DNA of 64,000 nt, from contig CAWJWJ010000002.1 of NCBI GenBank assembly GCA_963846575.1, forward strand, positions 768,001 through 832,000, written 5' to 3'. Positions 30,519 to 39,684 of this stretch are shown here, piece by piece (position 1 is the stretch's first letter; each line of letters starts with the position of its first letter). Made by a program: the position numbers and the translations under genes. The notes below the pieces were generated by a model. That model saw nothing but the letters and a program-made list of their open reading frames with translations, was not told where the DNA came from and made no database searches. The DNA is from an uncultured Nitrospiraceae bacterium (GTDB lineage: Bacteria; Nitrospirota; Nitrospiria; Nitrospirales; Nitrospiraceae).

Positions 30519-33500
30519 TCAGCCAGAGGAATCAGGTTTTTCTGCTGCGGCGAGGATCAGGTGCCCTGAGAGGCCGCGAAGGAGCCTCACTGGCGTGGTG
30601 GTGATCTGTGACAGACGAGAGCTCAGTGTCTCTTCGTCGAATGCCTGCAATGGACCGACTCGAAGCGCTTTACAGCACTGAGCCATACGACTCAAGGCTA
30701 AACGGCTTTCTCCTGTGAATGCGTCAATGCCAAGTTCTTGCAAGGGAGGGCGAGACAAGAGAGCCACATCCGCAGATGGTGTAAAAACGCTAATCACCAG
30801 CTTCCCACCTGGGCGAAGTACACGGAAGAGCTCCCGTAATGCATGCAGGGGTGACGGTGCAAAGCTGAGCGACAAATTCGCCACGATACGATCGAACGAA
30901 TTGTCTACGAAGGGAAGCGCTTCCAACGATCGGCCGAGTGCCCAGCTCTGAGTGACGGGTGTCCGGCCTGAGATGCGTCCGGAGAATAAGCTGTCCACGT
31001 GTTTTAACGCGTCCATCGTGGCTTTTTGAGCCGCATGGAGCGCAGTTGATGTTAGGTCCATTCCGACGTAGCGAAGTGGTTGGTTGCGTCGCCAGGTCTG
31101 AGCGCGCAAACGGTAGGACAGATTCAACAAGAGTAATCTGGCGAAGGAATGAAGGCCACATCCGGCATCGAGGAGCGTCAGGCCTCCGTCAAGCGGTTGC
31201 AGTAGTTGATAGAGCTGATCAATGTATTGCCAGTAGCTCGGGAGTTCATCGAGGCTCTGACTAAGGTTAGTTTGGCCGTTCCACAGCCGTTCGCAATCGG
31301 CGGCGCCGACGGCGAACTTGGCGCGGAGTTGATCGCGTTCGAAGCGAGCGCGTATAGCGGTAGCTCGTACGATAGGGCGATGGGCTTCGGAGAATGATTG
31401 CGTCGATGCATCACGTTGATGGCAGAGTTGTTGGAGACGTTGCCAATTACCCTGCTGGCTTTTCGGCGCAGCATCGACGGCAGCAAGAGTGGGAGATGAC
31501 AGGCTGATGCGAGTGCCTTTTAGCCCCAAGAGACCCATGACGTCGTCCAATAGGGCCGGTGAGGGACCCGGGATAGCGAAGTCCGAGGTCTCTGGCCCGG
31601 CGCTTATCAGGACGACGTCGGTGCCGCAGTGCCTGACATCTTCGTGGAGGGCAAACAGATCGGCGTATTGAGCTGAGATGGCATCGGTCAAAAAAGTATC
31701 GATCTCAAGGGGAATTCCCATTAGATTGCCCAGGCCGAATCGGTTTCCAACCAGGTGTTCCTGGACCAGGTCGCGTTGATGAAGTGCCGTGAGAGAACTT
31801 CTGAGGTCGAGGGTTGGATTGAGAAGGATAAGCCGTCGAATCTGTCGGTGCCAGTCTTGACGACGCAGGGTAATTCGCCCGAGGAGGTCTGACGCCAGAA
31901 TGGTCAGCGTAGATTCAGGCCAGGTTCTTTGTATAAAGGCCAGCACAGTATCAAGATCATCTTCCAGCGACGTGAAGGTCGTTTCCACGGGGTCGCCGTC
32001 ACTCATACCTATGTGTCGAGTGTGATCGTAGCGGATGACGCGCAACCCGCTCTTAGCAAGGAAGTAAGCAAAAGCCACGTAAGCTTGTTGAGTCATTCCG
32101 TAGCCGGTGCAGAGGACGACCACGGGAAGTGCCGTGTCTTGTGATTGTTTGGGAAAGTCATGCGAGAGTGCAATGACATGTCCATTACGATTTCGCAAGG
32201 TATGCGAGATGGTGACCACGGGAGCGTCTGAGATGGGTTCGGCGAAATCGCGAGGTGCGGCCATTGCTGGCACGAGAATCCTCCGGATTCCGGACTCCTG
32301 AGCGTCAGACAGATTCACAAAGCGTACTCCTACTCGGAATCGTCCTCCCGTTTCCGGCATCAGGTGTGCCGTCGAATTGATACGGCGGAGACGTGTCCAA
32401 ACAACACGAGCGGTCCATGGGTCGCCCGATTCGTTCGCGCTCAAAAGATCGGAGGATCGAGCGCTTTGGCCGGCAGGGATCAAGTGGATCAGTTGGTGAA
32501 GCACGAGAGAATCTGGATGTCCGGATAGTTCAAGGCAGGCCCCATCTCGGCTTAGGTTTAAAATCAGGCCTAGTGGGCGATCCGTCCGCTCTGTCCCGGC
32601 CAAACGGATGGGACGTGTCACCGTCAGGCGGATCGTTTCGCGACGGTCCTCAGCGGTCTCTCTGTATGCTGATGATACTTCTATGCGCGGATCCTCCTCC
32701 GAGGGGAAGGTGGAATGGATCATGGCTTCGAATGTCACCGTTGTCGAACCTTCCTGCAATCCATCCAGAAGCGACTCCAGAACCTCTCGATCGCGCTCCC
32801 TCGTAAGTACAAACAATATGACAATGTCCGTGATTGACTCCAGGGCGGTCTCACTCACCGCTGGCGGACGTTCATGAACCACGCCCTGAAGTTCAAGAAA
32901 GCTTACCGGCGTCCTGATGACGACGTACGCAGGTTGTAGATCAATGGACGGCGACAAGTTGCGAACCGATACTAGCGCGCCGCGTGCACTTATATTCCGC
33001 AAGACGCCTCGGAAAGTGTTGTGGCCTACAGTCAACTCAACCGGCAGCGACAACGGCCTTCGCTCAACCTGACGGCGGTCGTGGGTATGTGCGGCTGAAG
33101 TGGAGATGCTTACTCCAGATGGACTGGCGGCAGGGATGGACGCTGCAGCTGAAGAGGGACGATGTTCGCGGATTTCTTGCGAAGACCACATTGCCGCGGC
33201 GGGGATCTTAACTCTTATTGTCAGTCCCTTGTCGGGCGCCGTTTCGATTTCGATGGCTCCGCCGTGCGACTGTATGATTTGGTGAGCCCGCAAGAAATCC
33301 TCTGGCGAACAGTTTCCTTCAGGTAACGCGAGTGGTGCAGCACCAAGGCCGGCCCCGACCTCTTGAATAATGAACGTTGCATACGTATGTGTGTTTCTCG
33401 AGTGAGACGCCTCATCTCCCTGTGGTGTCGTGCCGGGAACGGTGAGGCATTCGGTCCGTAGTGTAAGACGGGAAGGTGTGGCCGGGTCGGAGGGCGATCG

Positions 33501-34742
33501 TTGTGCATAATCGAGAAGAATTCGCGCGAGGTCTTCGACTGCAGCACGGGATCCCACGATGGTTGGGAGATCGTTTGAAAAATGTGCCGTCAAGAGCAGT
33601 TTTTCGGCCCGTGGGCCTCGCTGGGCAGATTGTACAACCCCCTGGAGGATTTCGTTGAGAAGGAGTGCTTCGCCTCCTGTCGGTGGTGCGTGAATGACTT
33701 GCACCAATTGCTGGCTCAGTAGGCTGGCCTGTGAGGCTCGTGTGACCATGGTCTGGACATGCTGTTCGAATTTGCTGTGCTGGATCGCACTCAGTAAACG
33801 CTGTGAGTCCTGAAGTAGAGTATGGAGCGGTTGTTGGAGCTGACGCGACACCCTCGCAGCCTCCTGCGAGAGATTCAGTTGCCGATCGGTTTCTCGGAGC
33901 CTGGATTCCAACTGTGCGAGGCGCTCTTGCTGAGATTTTTCCTGCGACAGATCGTGCAGCAAGCCGACCGTACCGATGAATCGATGCGCATTATCGAAGA
34001 GGCCCTTTGCTGTCACTTCTACAGTTATTGGAAGTGGCGGGGCATGGGGCAGTGTCTTTCGTCGGAGAGTCAGTTCGAACCTGCGGACTGAGCGGTTACC
34101 CGCTCGGCGTTCATTCAATCGCCAACGTCCAGCGGCTTCCTGAAGCGGGGGGAGCAGAATCGAATAATGCTGGCCGGCGAGTTCTTCGGCTGTATATCCG
34201 AGCAGAGCCGGGGCGGTTGCGCTGACATAGATGAACCGTCCATCCTGGTCCAGCTCGTACAATAGATCGCTCACGGTTTCGATGAAACGAAGGTATCGTT
34301 GAAAAGTGCGATCCAGCTTCACTTGGAGGTCTCTTTTTTCCATGCCTTCTTGAACAGCAAAGAGCAATTCGGAGACGAAGCCTGGTGAATTTTTACAGAG
34401 AAGAAAATCGGCGCCATTCTGCAACGCCTGGACAGCCGTACGGGAATCACTCACGTTTGTCTGAAGGATGATTGCCGCGTTGGGCGCATTGCGGCGGACA
34501 GGTGCGAGAATGTCGAGACCGCTCTCAGGACTCAAGTCCTGATCAATTAGGATGACGTGCCAATCGGCACGCCGGCTGAATGTGAGGGCCTCATCCGAAG
34601 AAAACCCAGCCTCTACTCTGCAGTCGGAGAAAAATGCTCTCAGGCTGGAGGTCACTAGTTTGACTTCGTCAGGATGTTCGTTGATGAGGAGAATATTCAG
34701 CGACTGTTCAGGCATGGACATTGGAAGATCTTCAGTCCTCAC
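30519..34742 (-). CDS. Multidomain REC-PAS-degenerate HisKA/HATPase-PilZ-PilZ-LuxD-like alpha/beta hydrolase-SAM methyltransferase protein
   Basis: ILIDQDL; YELDQDGRFIYVS; RRQVERR/NISARG; RRETIR/NLSRDG; GLRVIRYDHTRHIGMSDG; LDAGCG, LPFVDNSFD, LRPGG. Confidence 0.8.
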   Translation of the reverse strand: MRTEDLPMSMPEQSLNILLINEHPDEVKLVTSSLRAFFSDCRVEAGFSSDEALTFSRRADWHVILIDQDLSPESGLDILAPVRRNAPNAAIILQTNVSDSRTAVQALQNGADFLLCKNSPGFVSELLFAVQEGMEKRDLQVKLDRTFQRYLRFIETVSDLLYELDQDGRFIYVSATAPALLGYTAEELAGQHYSILLPPLQEAAGRWRLNERRAGNRSVRRFELTLRRKTLPHAPPLPITVEVTAKGLFDNAHRFIGTVGLLHDLSQEKSQQERLAQLESRLRETDRQLNLSQEAARVSRQLQQPLHTLLQDSQRLLSAIQHSKFEQHVQTMVTRASQASLLSQQLVQVIHAPPTGGEALLLNEILQGVVQSAQRGPRAEKLLLTAHFSNDLPTIVGSRAAVEDLARILLDYAQRSPSDPATPSRLTLRTECLTVPGTTPQGDEASHSRNTHTYATFIIQEVGAGLGAAPLALPEGNCSPEDFLRAHQIIQSHGGAIEIETAPDKGLTIRVKIPAAAMWSSQEIREHRPSSAAASIPAASPSGVSISTSAAHTHDRRQVERRPLSLPVELTVGHNTFRGVLRNISARGALVSVRNLSPSIDLQPAYVVIRTPVSFLELQGVVHERPPAVSETALESITDIVILFVLTRERDREVLESLLDGLQEGSTTVTFEAMIHSTFPSEEDPRIEVSSAYRETAEDRRETIRLTVTRPIRLAGTERTDRPLGLILNLSRDGACLELSGHPDSLVLHQLIHLIPAGQSARSSDLLSANESGDPWTARVVWTRLRRINSTAHLMPETGGRFRVGVRFVNLSDAQESGIRRILVPAMAAPRDFAEPISDAPVVTISHTLRNRNGHVIALSHDFPKQSQDTALPVVVLCTGYGMTQQAYVAFAYFLAKSGLRVIRYDHTRHIGMSDGDPVETTFTSLEDDLDTVLAFIQRTWPESTLTILASDLLGRITLRRQDWHRQIRRLILLNPTLDLRSSLTALHQRDLVQEHLVGNRFGLGNLMGIPLEIDTFLTDAISAQYADLFALHEDVRHCGTDVVLISAGPETSDFAIPGPSPALLDDVMGLLGLKGTRISLSSPTLAAVDAAPKSQQGNWQRLQQLCHQRDASTQSFSEAHRPIVRATAIRARFERDQLRAKFAVGAADCERLWNGQTNLSQSLDELPSYWQYIDQLYQLLQPLDGGLTLLDAGCGLHSFARLLLLNLSYRLRAQTWRRNQPLRYVGMDLTSTALHAAQKATMDALKHVDSLFSGRISGRTPVTQSWALGRSLEALPFVDNSFDRIVANLSLSFAPSPLHALRELFRVLRPGGKLVISVFTPSADVALLSRPPLQELGIDAFTGESRLALSRMAQCCKALRVGPLQAFDEETLSSRLSQITTTPVRLLRGLSGHLILAAAEKPDSSG

Positions 34743-35046
34743 AACCAGAGTCTGCTTGAGCTGACCGCACTCTACCTCAAGACTGCTTCACTTTCACGTT
34801 CGAGAATGAACACATTCATCCTTCAGGAGGGGGATTCTATCCTGGCGAACGGGTTAGCACACATGTATGGTTCAATATCATACAACTTCTTGATATTCCC
34901 AGTCCGCCGGGTGAGGGGACGATTTTACTTCAGTAGGGGAAGGATGGGTCAGTCCAATCGAACTTTCCAGGGATCGAGTTCAGGAGTGTGACCACCGAAG
35001 CGTTGAATGAACGGTCTGGACCCGAATGGGTAGAGAGGGAGAATGT

Positions 35047-35082
35047 ATGACCCACCGCCACCAGTCGGCCGCGGTGGGTCAT
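35047..35082 (-). terminator. Terminator-like hairpin
   Basis: Perfect 12-bp inverted repeat atgacccaccgc/gcggtgggtcat just after the 35095 stop; weak U tract. Confidence 0.6.
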
Positions 35083-35094
35083 CACTCGGATGGT

Positions 35095-36096
35095 CTAGCG
35101 GGCGGCGGCCTTATTGTTAGCTGACTGACAGGCGCCGGGGGTCATATAGAGAAGGTAGTTTCCCATTCCATGGTGAATGTTTGGGTTTTGTAAGGGGTGA
35201 TGGTGTACCATCACCATTTCATAGTCATCTTGCTTGGTGACCGCGAAGCCCTGGCCATTCCGGTACACCTGGTAAGGCCTGAAATCGCGGAAGGTGCCAT
35301 CAGCATCCACATCAGGAACGGTTCTCAACAGGGTTTGGTTCGTCGTTTTGTTCTCGAGCGCGACTAGGAGCAGCTCGTCGTGCCCATGCGGATAGGCAAA
35401 TTTGACGCAGCCATCCATGTTGAATTTCAATGGTGCCGATAGGACGGAAACGCCTGGCTTAATTTCAATTCCCTCATCGGTCTGATCCGCGCCCCGCTGT
35501 CCAAACTTACTGTAACAAACGATGTTGACGCCCACCTGGTACACGTCCATCTCCTCAATTTTCGCGTGCTTGGGTGCGACGTACATCGTGAACCGTGCCA
35601 TTACGTCCTTCGTATTAGGGGCCTTGTGATAGAAGGCAACCACGGACATCAGGTTTTGTCCCTTGCCAAGCTTGACGCCGTACCCATCCGGAAAGCGGGC
35701 TTCAGTCATCTCCAACCCCGCGCCGGCGAAAAACAATGGCTCGCCATCACATGAGACGCTGGGTTTGTCATTGTTGAGCATCAAGATATGGTGCAGGTAA
35801 TTTTTCGGGAGCGGTGCGCCGTCCTTCGTGAACACTTCGGACTTATACCCGATCATGTAAGTGTCTTCGGGCAACTGAAACACCTTCTTGGGCATACTGG
35901 AGGCGAGATCGCCGTCGTGACCTGTCGGTAGATCGACCGGCCCGAATGTGAGGGTGACGGCGTGCTCGTCGATGGTGATTTTGGTGTCGCCCGTACTAGG
36001 CATGGTCGGAATGGCATGATGGTCATGGCCGCCATCGGCATAGGCGGCGCTCGTTAGGCCTACCAACATCAGCAGTGTCAACAGCACACGAATCAT
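35095..36096 (-). CDS. Secreted protein with copper type II (PHM/DBH-like) monooxygenase motifs
   Basis: Signal peptide ending AYA; LHHILM, FPDGYGVKLG, FAYPHGH, GMGNYLLY; GAGGAGG SD. Confidence 0.6.
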   Translation of the reverse strand: MIRVLLTLLMLVGLTSAAYADGGHDHHAIPTMPSTGDTKITIDEHAVTLTFGPVDLPTGHDGDLASSMPKKVFQLPEDTYMIGYKSEVFTKDGAPLPKNYLHHILMLNNDKPSVSCDGEPLFFAGAGLEMTEARFPDGYGVKLGKGQNLMSVVAFYHKAPNTKDVMARFTMYVAPKHAKIEEMDVYQVGVNIVCYSKFGQRGADQTDEGIEIKPGVSVLSAPLKFNMDGCVKFAYPHGHDELLLVALENKTTNQTLLRTVPDVDADGTFRDFRPYQVYRNGQGFAVTKQDDYEMVMVHHHPLQNPNIHHGMGNYLLYMTPGACQSANNKAAAR

Positions 36097-36170
36097 AGCC
36101 CCTCCTCGTTGTGACAGATCAGGCATCGGTGAAATGTGGGTGAAAAAATCGGGGGTCTGTCGCCAATGCG

Positions 36171-37076
36171 TTAAGGAGCCCCCGGAGGGGGCGTGAGTCG
36201 TTTCCACAAATAGGTGCCGCCGTGTTTTCGAGGCGGGATGTTGTCTCTGGTTCCGACACGAACGTACCACCAGATCCCTTTGGCTTCTCGTCCATCTTCT
36301 GAAAGTACGATCTCAAATGCGCCTTCGCGGTCGTTGCCCGTTTGCTTCCACGTACCCTGCCAGCGACGGTCGTTAAAGCTCGTGGTGGAGAATTGTCCCC
36401 CCTGCCAGGTATAGGGACCATTTCCTTCCTGATTCAGCGTGGCAACATACTTTTTATTATCCTCGATCTCGTTGACTTCCCATTCGCCACTCAAATCCAC
36501 ATGATTGTGAGTATCTGCCTGGTTGTCGGAGGTTCGATGAAGGAGCGGAGAGTTGTCTGCCGACGCGACCCCTGGCTGAAGGGTATGATGACGGGCGGAC
36601 TCATGCCAGGACACGAGAATCCAGCGTCCATTCCGGCGCTCTAACACGCCCGTTTCGCGCAGGGGTAGTACCATTGGTTGGTCGTCTGTATTGACGTGAC
36701 GGATATAGTCCAATTCCATTGCGAACCAAGCAATGTTTCCGTTGCGCCACAGCTGCAGCTTCGTGATGGGTATCTCCAGCTTGACGACTGAATCGAATTC
36801 GCTACGCATATCGGACGCAAGGAGAGTCCAGCCCTCATATTTGCGTCCGTCGATGGTATAGCCAATGGCATCGGCGTCGTGGGACATATATTCCGACATC
36901 GTGGCGAGGTCGAGTTCTGCATTGGCGCGCACGAGTCTTCGCAATGTCGCTTCCGCATCAAGGAGTTCCTCCGCAGATGCACCTGAGGCGAGTAACACGC
37001 TCAATACTGAGATCTGGGTCAGTCGGCTCCAGAGGGGGAGCAGGTTGGAATAATTCCGGCGCAGCCTATTGATCAT
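36171..37076 (-). CDS. Secreted SnoaL/NTF2-like domain plus C-terminal beta-barrel-like domain
   Basis: RETGVLERRNGRWILVSWHES; DLSGEW..WQGTWKQ; start uncertain. Confidence 0.72.
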   Translation of the reverse strand: MINRLRRNYSNLLPLWSRLTQISVLSVLLASGASAEELLDAEATLRRLVRANAELDLATMSEYMSHDADAIGYTIDGRKYEGWTLLASDMRSEFDSVVKLEIPITKLQLWRNGNIAWFAMELDYIRHVNTDDQPMVLPLRETGVLERRNGRWILVSWHESARHHTLQPGVASADNSPLLHRTSDNQADTHNHVDLSGEWEVNEIEDNKKYVATLNQEGNGPYTWQGGQFSTTSFNDRRWQGTWKQTGNDREGAFEIVLSEDGREAKGIWWYVRVGTRDNIPPRKHGGTYLWKRLTPPPGAP

Positions 37077-37143
37077 GGGCAGGGAAATCTTCTCCTTGAA
37101 AAAGACTTTACCCATGGAGGCTACCTGGCGGCCAGAGGCGCTG

Positions 37144-37941
37144 TCAATGTCTAATTGCCGTCCGAGGTAGCTCTGGCAGGGCGCAGGCGACCACCGTGAC
37201 ATTGTCGATCCCACCTGTCTCGAGCGCTGACTCGATCAGCGCGTGGGTGGACAGCGACGGGTTCCTTCGATGGGGAAGCACGGTCTGCAGAATTTGCTGG
37301 TCAGATAACATTTTAGTGAGGCCGTCGGAGCAGAGCAGGATGAGGTCCCCATCGATCAAGTCCAAAGGAAAGAGGTCGCTCTCAATGGTCGGGCCCAGTC
37401 CCATCGCTCGGGTTAACACATGGCGCTCTGGGTGATGGGCGGCTTGTTCCGGACTGAGCCGACCTTCGCGAATCATCGCTTCGATGATTGTATGGTCGCG
37501 GGTTAACTGGGTGATGGTATCGTCCCTGATCAGATAGGCCCGGCTGTCGCCGACATTCATAACCAGCAGGCGCGGTGCGGGTAGTAGAAGAATATGCGCG
37601 GCGACTAACGTGGTTCCCATGCCTTCCAGTTCCGGATGCCGGGCGGCATGGGCGAGGACATTCGCATGAGCCTGCTCCACCATGGTAGCACAGCTAAAAG
37701 CGGCGTCGTCTTCAGTGCCCGCTGATGAAGCGGCATTCCTTCCAATGGCTGGCGCGAAATCGGCGAGCGTGTTCACCACGAGTCGGCTGGCAACATCTCC
37801 GCCGGGGTGACCACCCATGCCATCAGCAACGGCCCATAGGCGGTGACGATTATCGACCAGGAGGGCGTCTTGATTGTTAGAACGGACCAGCCCGCGTTCC
37901 GTGCGCCCATATGCTGTCCATTCCCCTGTTCCTGAGGTCAT
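37144..37941 (-). CDS. PP2C-family Ser/Thr phosphatase
   Basis: ADGMGGH, MGTT, NVGDSR, LLCSDGL, GGIDNVT. Confidence 0.92.
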   Translation of the reverse strand: MTSGTGEWTAYGRTERGLVRSNNQDALLVDNRHRLWAVADGMGGHPGGDVASRLVVNTLADFAPAIGRNAASSAGTEDDAAFSCATMVEQAHANVLAHAARHPELEGMGTTLVAAHILLLPAPRLLVMNVGDSRAYLIRDDTITQLTRDHTIIEAMIREGRLSPEQAAHHPERHVLTRAMGLGPTIESDLFPLDLIDGDLILLCSDGLTKMLSDQQILQTVLPHRRNPSLSTHALIESALETGGIDNVTVVACALPELPRTAIRH

Positions 37942-37947
37942 CTGGTT

Positions 37948-38721
37948 CTATCCGAGAGGGACTAATGACTGGGGACCGTATCGTGCAAACAGTCGGTCAA
38001 ACAAGCACTCCGCCAGGGGTTCAAGGTTCTTCGTGTCCGCAGTATTATATCGCACGAGCAGATCCAACGCGGCTGCGTCGCCTGCCCTATATTGATGCCA
38101 TAACCGAACCGCTTCCAACCCGTCAAGTTGATGAAGGTCGGATTCCCGTGAGATGTCTACTTCCCGTTCGATGTGTTTCAGTCCGCCTTGCAATCCCACC
38201 CGTCGGGCCGCGAAACATAAATCAAAGTGTGGAACGGAAACCCGAAGACCCTTGAAGCAGGTCTGCAAATAGGGGATATCGAAGACGCTGCCGAAAAACG
38301 TGATCAGTAAGTCAGTTTGGTCGAGCTCTTCCTGAAGAATCTCCCTGTTTAGGGAATCACCCCGGATCAGGGTGGTCATGCGACCATTCCGATAGAGCCC
38401 CACGACGGTAACCTGTCCGTCGTGAGGAGAGAGTCCGGTCGTTTCAATGTCGAGGTAGAGCGCCCGCGCCCCGAACGTTCGAAAGAGGCGCCAGTGATCG
38501 CGCGTATGCATGCAGTCGGCGAAGTACCGGGCGTTTCGCCGGTCGAGGTGTCCTTGCGCAGCAGCAAGATCAGCATCGTACAGGCCTTTGCGGGCAGGTG
38601 AGATGCCGGACAACTGGGACGTTTGACGAAAGATCGCCCAATCAGCAATGCCTTGTTCCCACAACCGTCGTTCGGTTGAGGCCCCGATACCGTTTAAATG
38701 GATGAATGTTGAAGTCAACAT
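37948..38721 (-). CDS. YprB/RNase_H_2-family 3'-5' exonuclease
   Basis: YLDIETTG, FDIPYL, GGLKHIER, YNTAD; N-terminal HhH GIG. Confidence 0.85.
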   Translation of the reverse strand: MLTSTFIHLNGIGASTERRLWEQGIADWAIFRQTSQLSGISPARKGLYDADLAAAQGHLDRRNARYFADCMHTRDHWRLFRTFGARALYLDIETTGLSPHDGQVTVVGLYRNGRMTTLIRGDSLNREILQEELDQTDLLITFFGSVFDIPYLQTCFKGLRVSVPHFDLCFAARRVGLQGGLKHIEREVDISRESDLHQLDGLEAVRLWHQYRAGDAAALDLLVRYNTADTKNLEPLAECLFDRLFARYGPQSLVPLG

Positions 38722-38844
38722 AACGAGTGGTAGAGACCTTCCCTGGGTGCGATTGTAGCCTTGATTTCAAGGGATAAACAAGTTAGAGTCCGCGACTGGT
38801 GCGGAGTTTCGTCACTAGCCGATTTATCGTGCACGTGGGGAGTC

Positions 38845-39237
38845 ATGAATACGAATGGAACCGTGAGACGTATCAGGATCAGGGTAGGTGGGGTTCATCT
38901 CGACGCAGAGTTGAAAGGGACCCGTACGGCTGAGGAGATCTACAAGGCGTTGCCAGCCGAGGGACCATTGAATGTGTGGGGGGAAGAGTTTTATTTTAAG
39001 ATTGCCGGAGTGAAAGACCATCGAGAGACGGCGACAACGCAAGTTAAAATCGGCGACGTGGCATTCTGGGGCGCCGGGCAGGTCCTGGCGATTTTCTTCG
39101 GACGCACGCCGATGAGTATGGGGCCTGATCCGGTTCCCGCCGACCGGGTAAATGTGGTGGGACGGGTGCTGGGGGACGCGGAAACGCTACGTCAGGCCAT
39201 AAATGCGAGTACGATCCGTGTGGAGCGAATTGAGTAG
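38845..39237 (+). CDS. Cyclophilin-like fold protein (DUF369-like)
   Basis: WGEEFYF, GDVAFW, IFFGRTP, VNVVG. Confidence 0.8.
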   Translation: MNTNGTVRRIRIRVGGVHLDAELKGTRTAEEIYKALPAEGPLNVWGEEFYFKIAGVKDHRETATTQVKIGDVAFWGAGQVLAIFFGRTPMSMGPDPVPADRVNVVGRVLGDAETLRQAINASTIRVERIE

Positions 39238-39312
39238 GGGGCTTCAGTCCGATCATCTTGCCCTTCGCGGTTCGATCATGCGCGGGGGAACATCCTAAAG
39301 GAACAGGCCACG

Positions 39313-39594
39313 ATGAGGCTGGCGAAAGAGCGGGTTCATCATATGGCCGAGTCGTTGATCACCCGGTTGCATGAACTGGCTTTTCTGGAGGTTACCGGGG
39401 ACCGGAAGCTGCTGCGAGAGTCACTCGAGCGGGCCATGACGGAAGAGCTGGGAGTTGAGGATCGGTTGAACGTCGAGGTGCGCCGGTTGATGCAGCCCTA
39501 TGAAAGGCAAATTGAGCAAGGTCAGGTCGACTACCAGAAGATGTTCACGATGATCAAACAGAAGTTGGTCCGCGAGCGAGGCCTTATTTTATAA
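39313..39594 (+). CDS. DUF507 family protein
   Basis: MRLAKERVHHMA..DYQKMFTMIKQKLVRERGLIL. Confidence 0.82.
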   Translation: MRLAKERVHHMAESLITRLHELAFLEVTGDRKLLRESLERAMTEELGVEDRLNVEVRRLMQPYERQIEQGQVDYQKMFTMIKQKLVRERGLIL

Positions 39595-39684
39595 GGGCTT
39601 GAAACGTAACGCCTGACGGTGCACACCACCGTAGATGGTTTCCGGTGCATAACGCGGCACGCTTCATCCTGAGCGGTACACATT

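Noticed and set aside
31400..32220. Bioluminescence (lux) operon
   Set aside because: Only a fused LuxD-like domain; no luxA/B/C/E in the window
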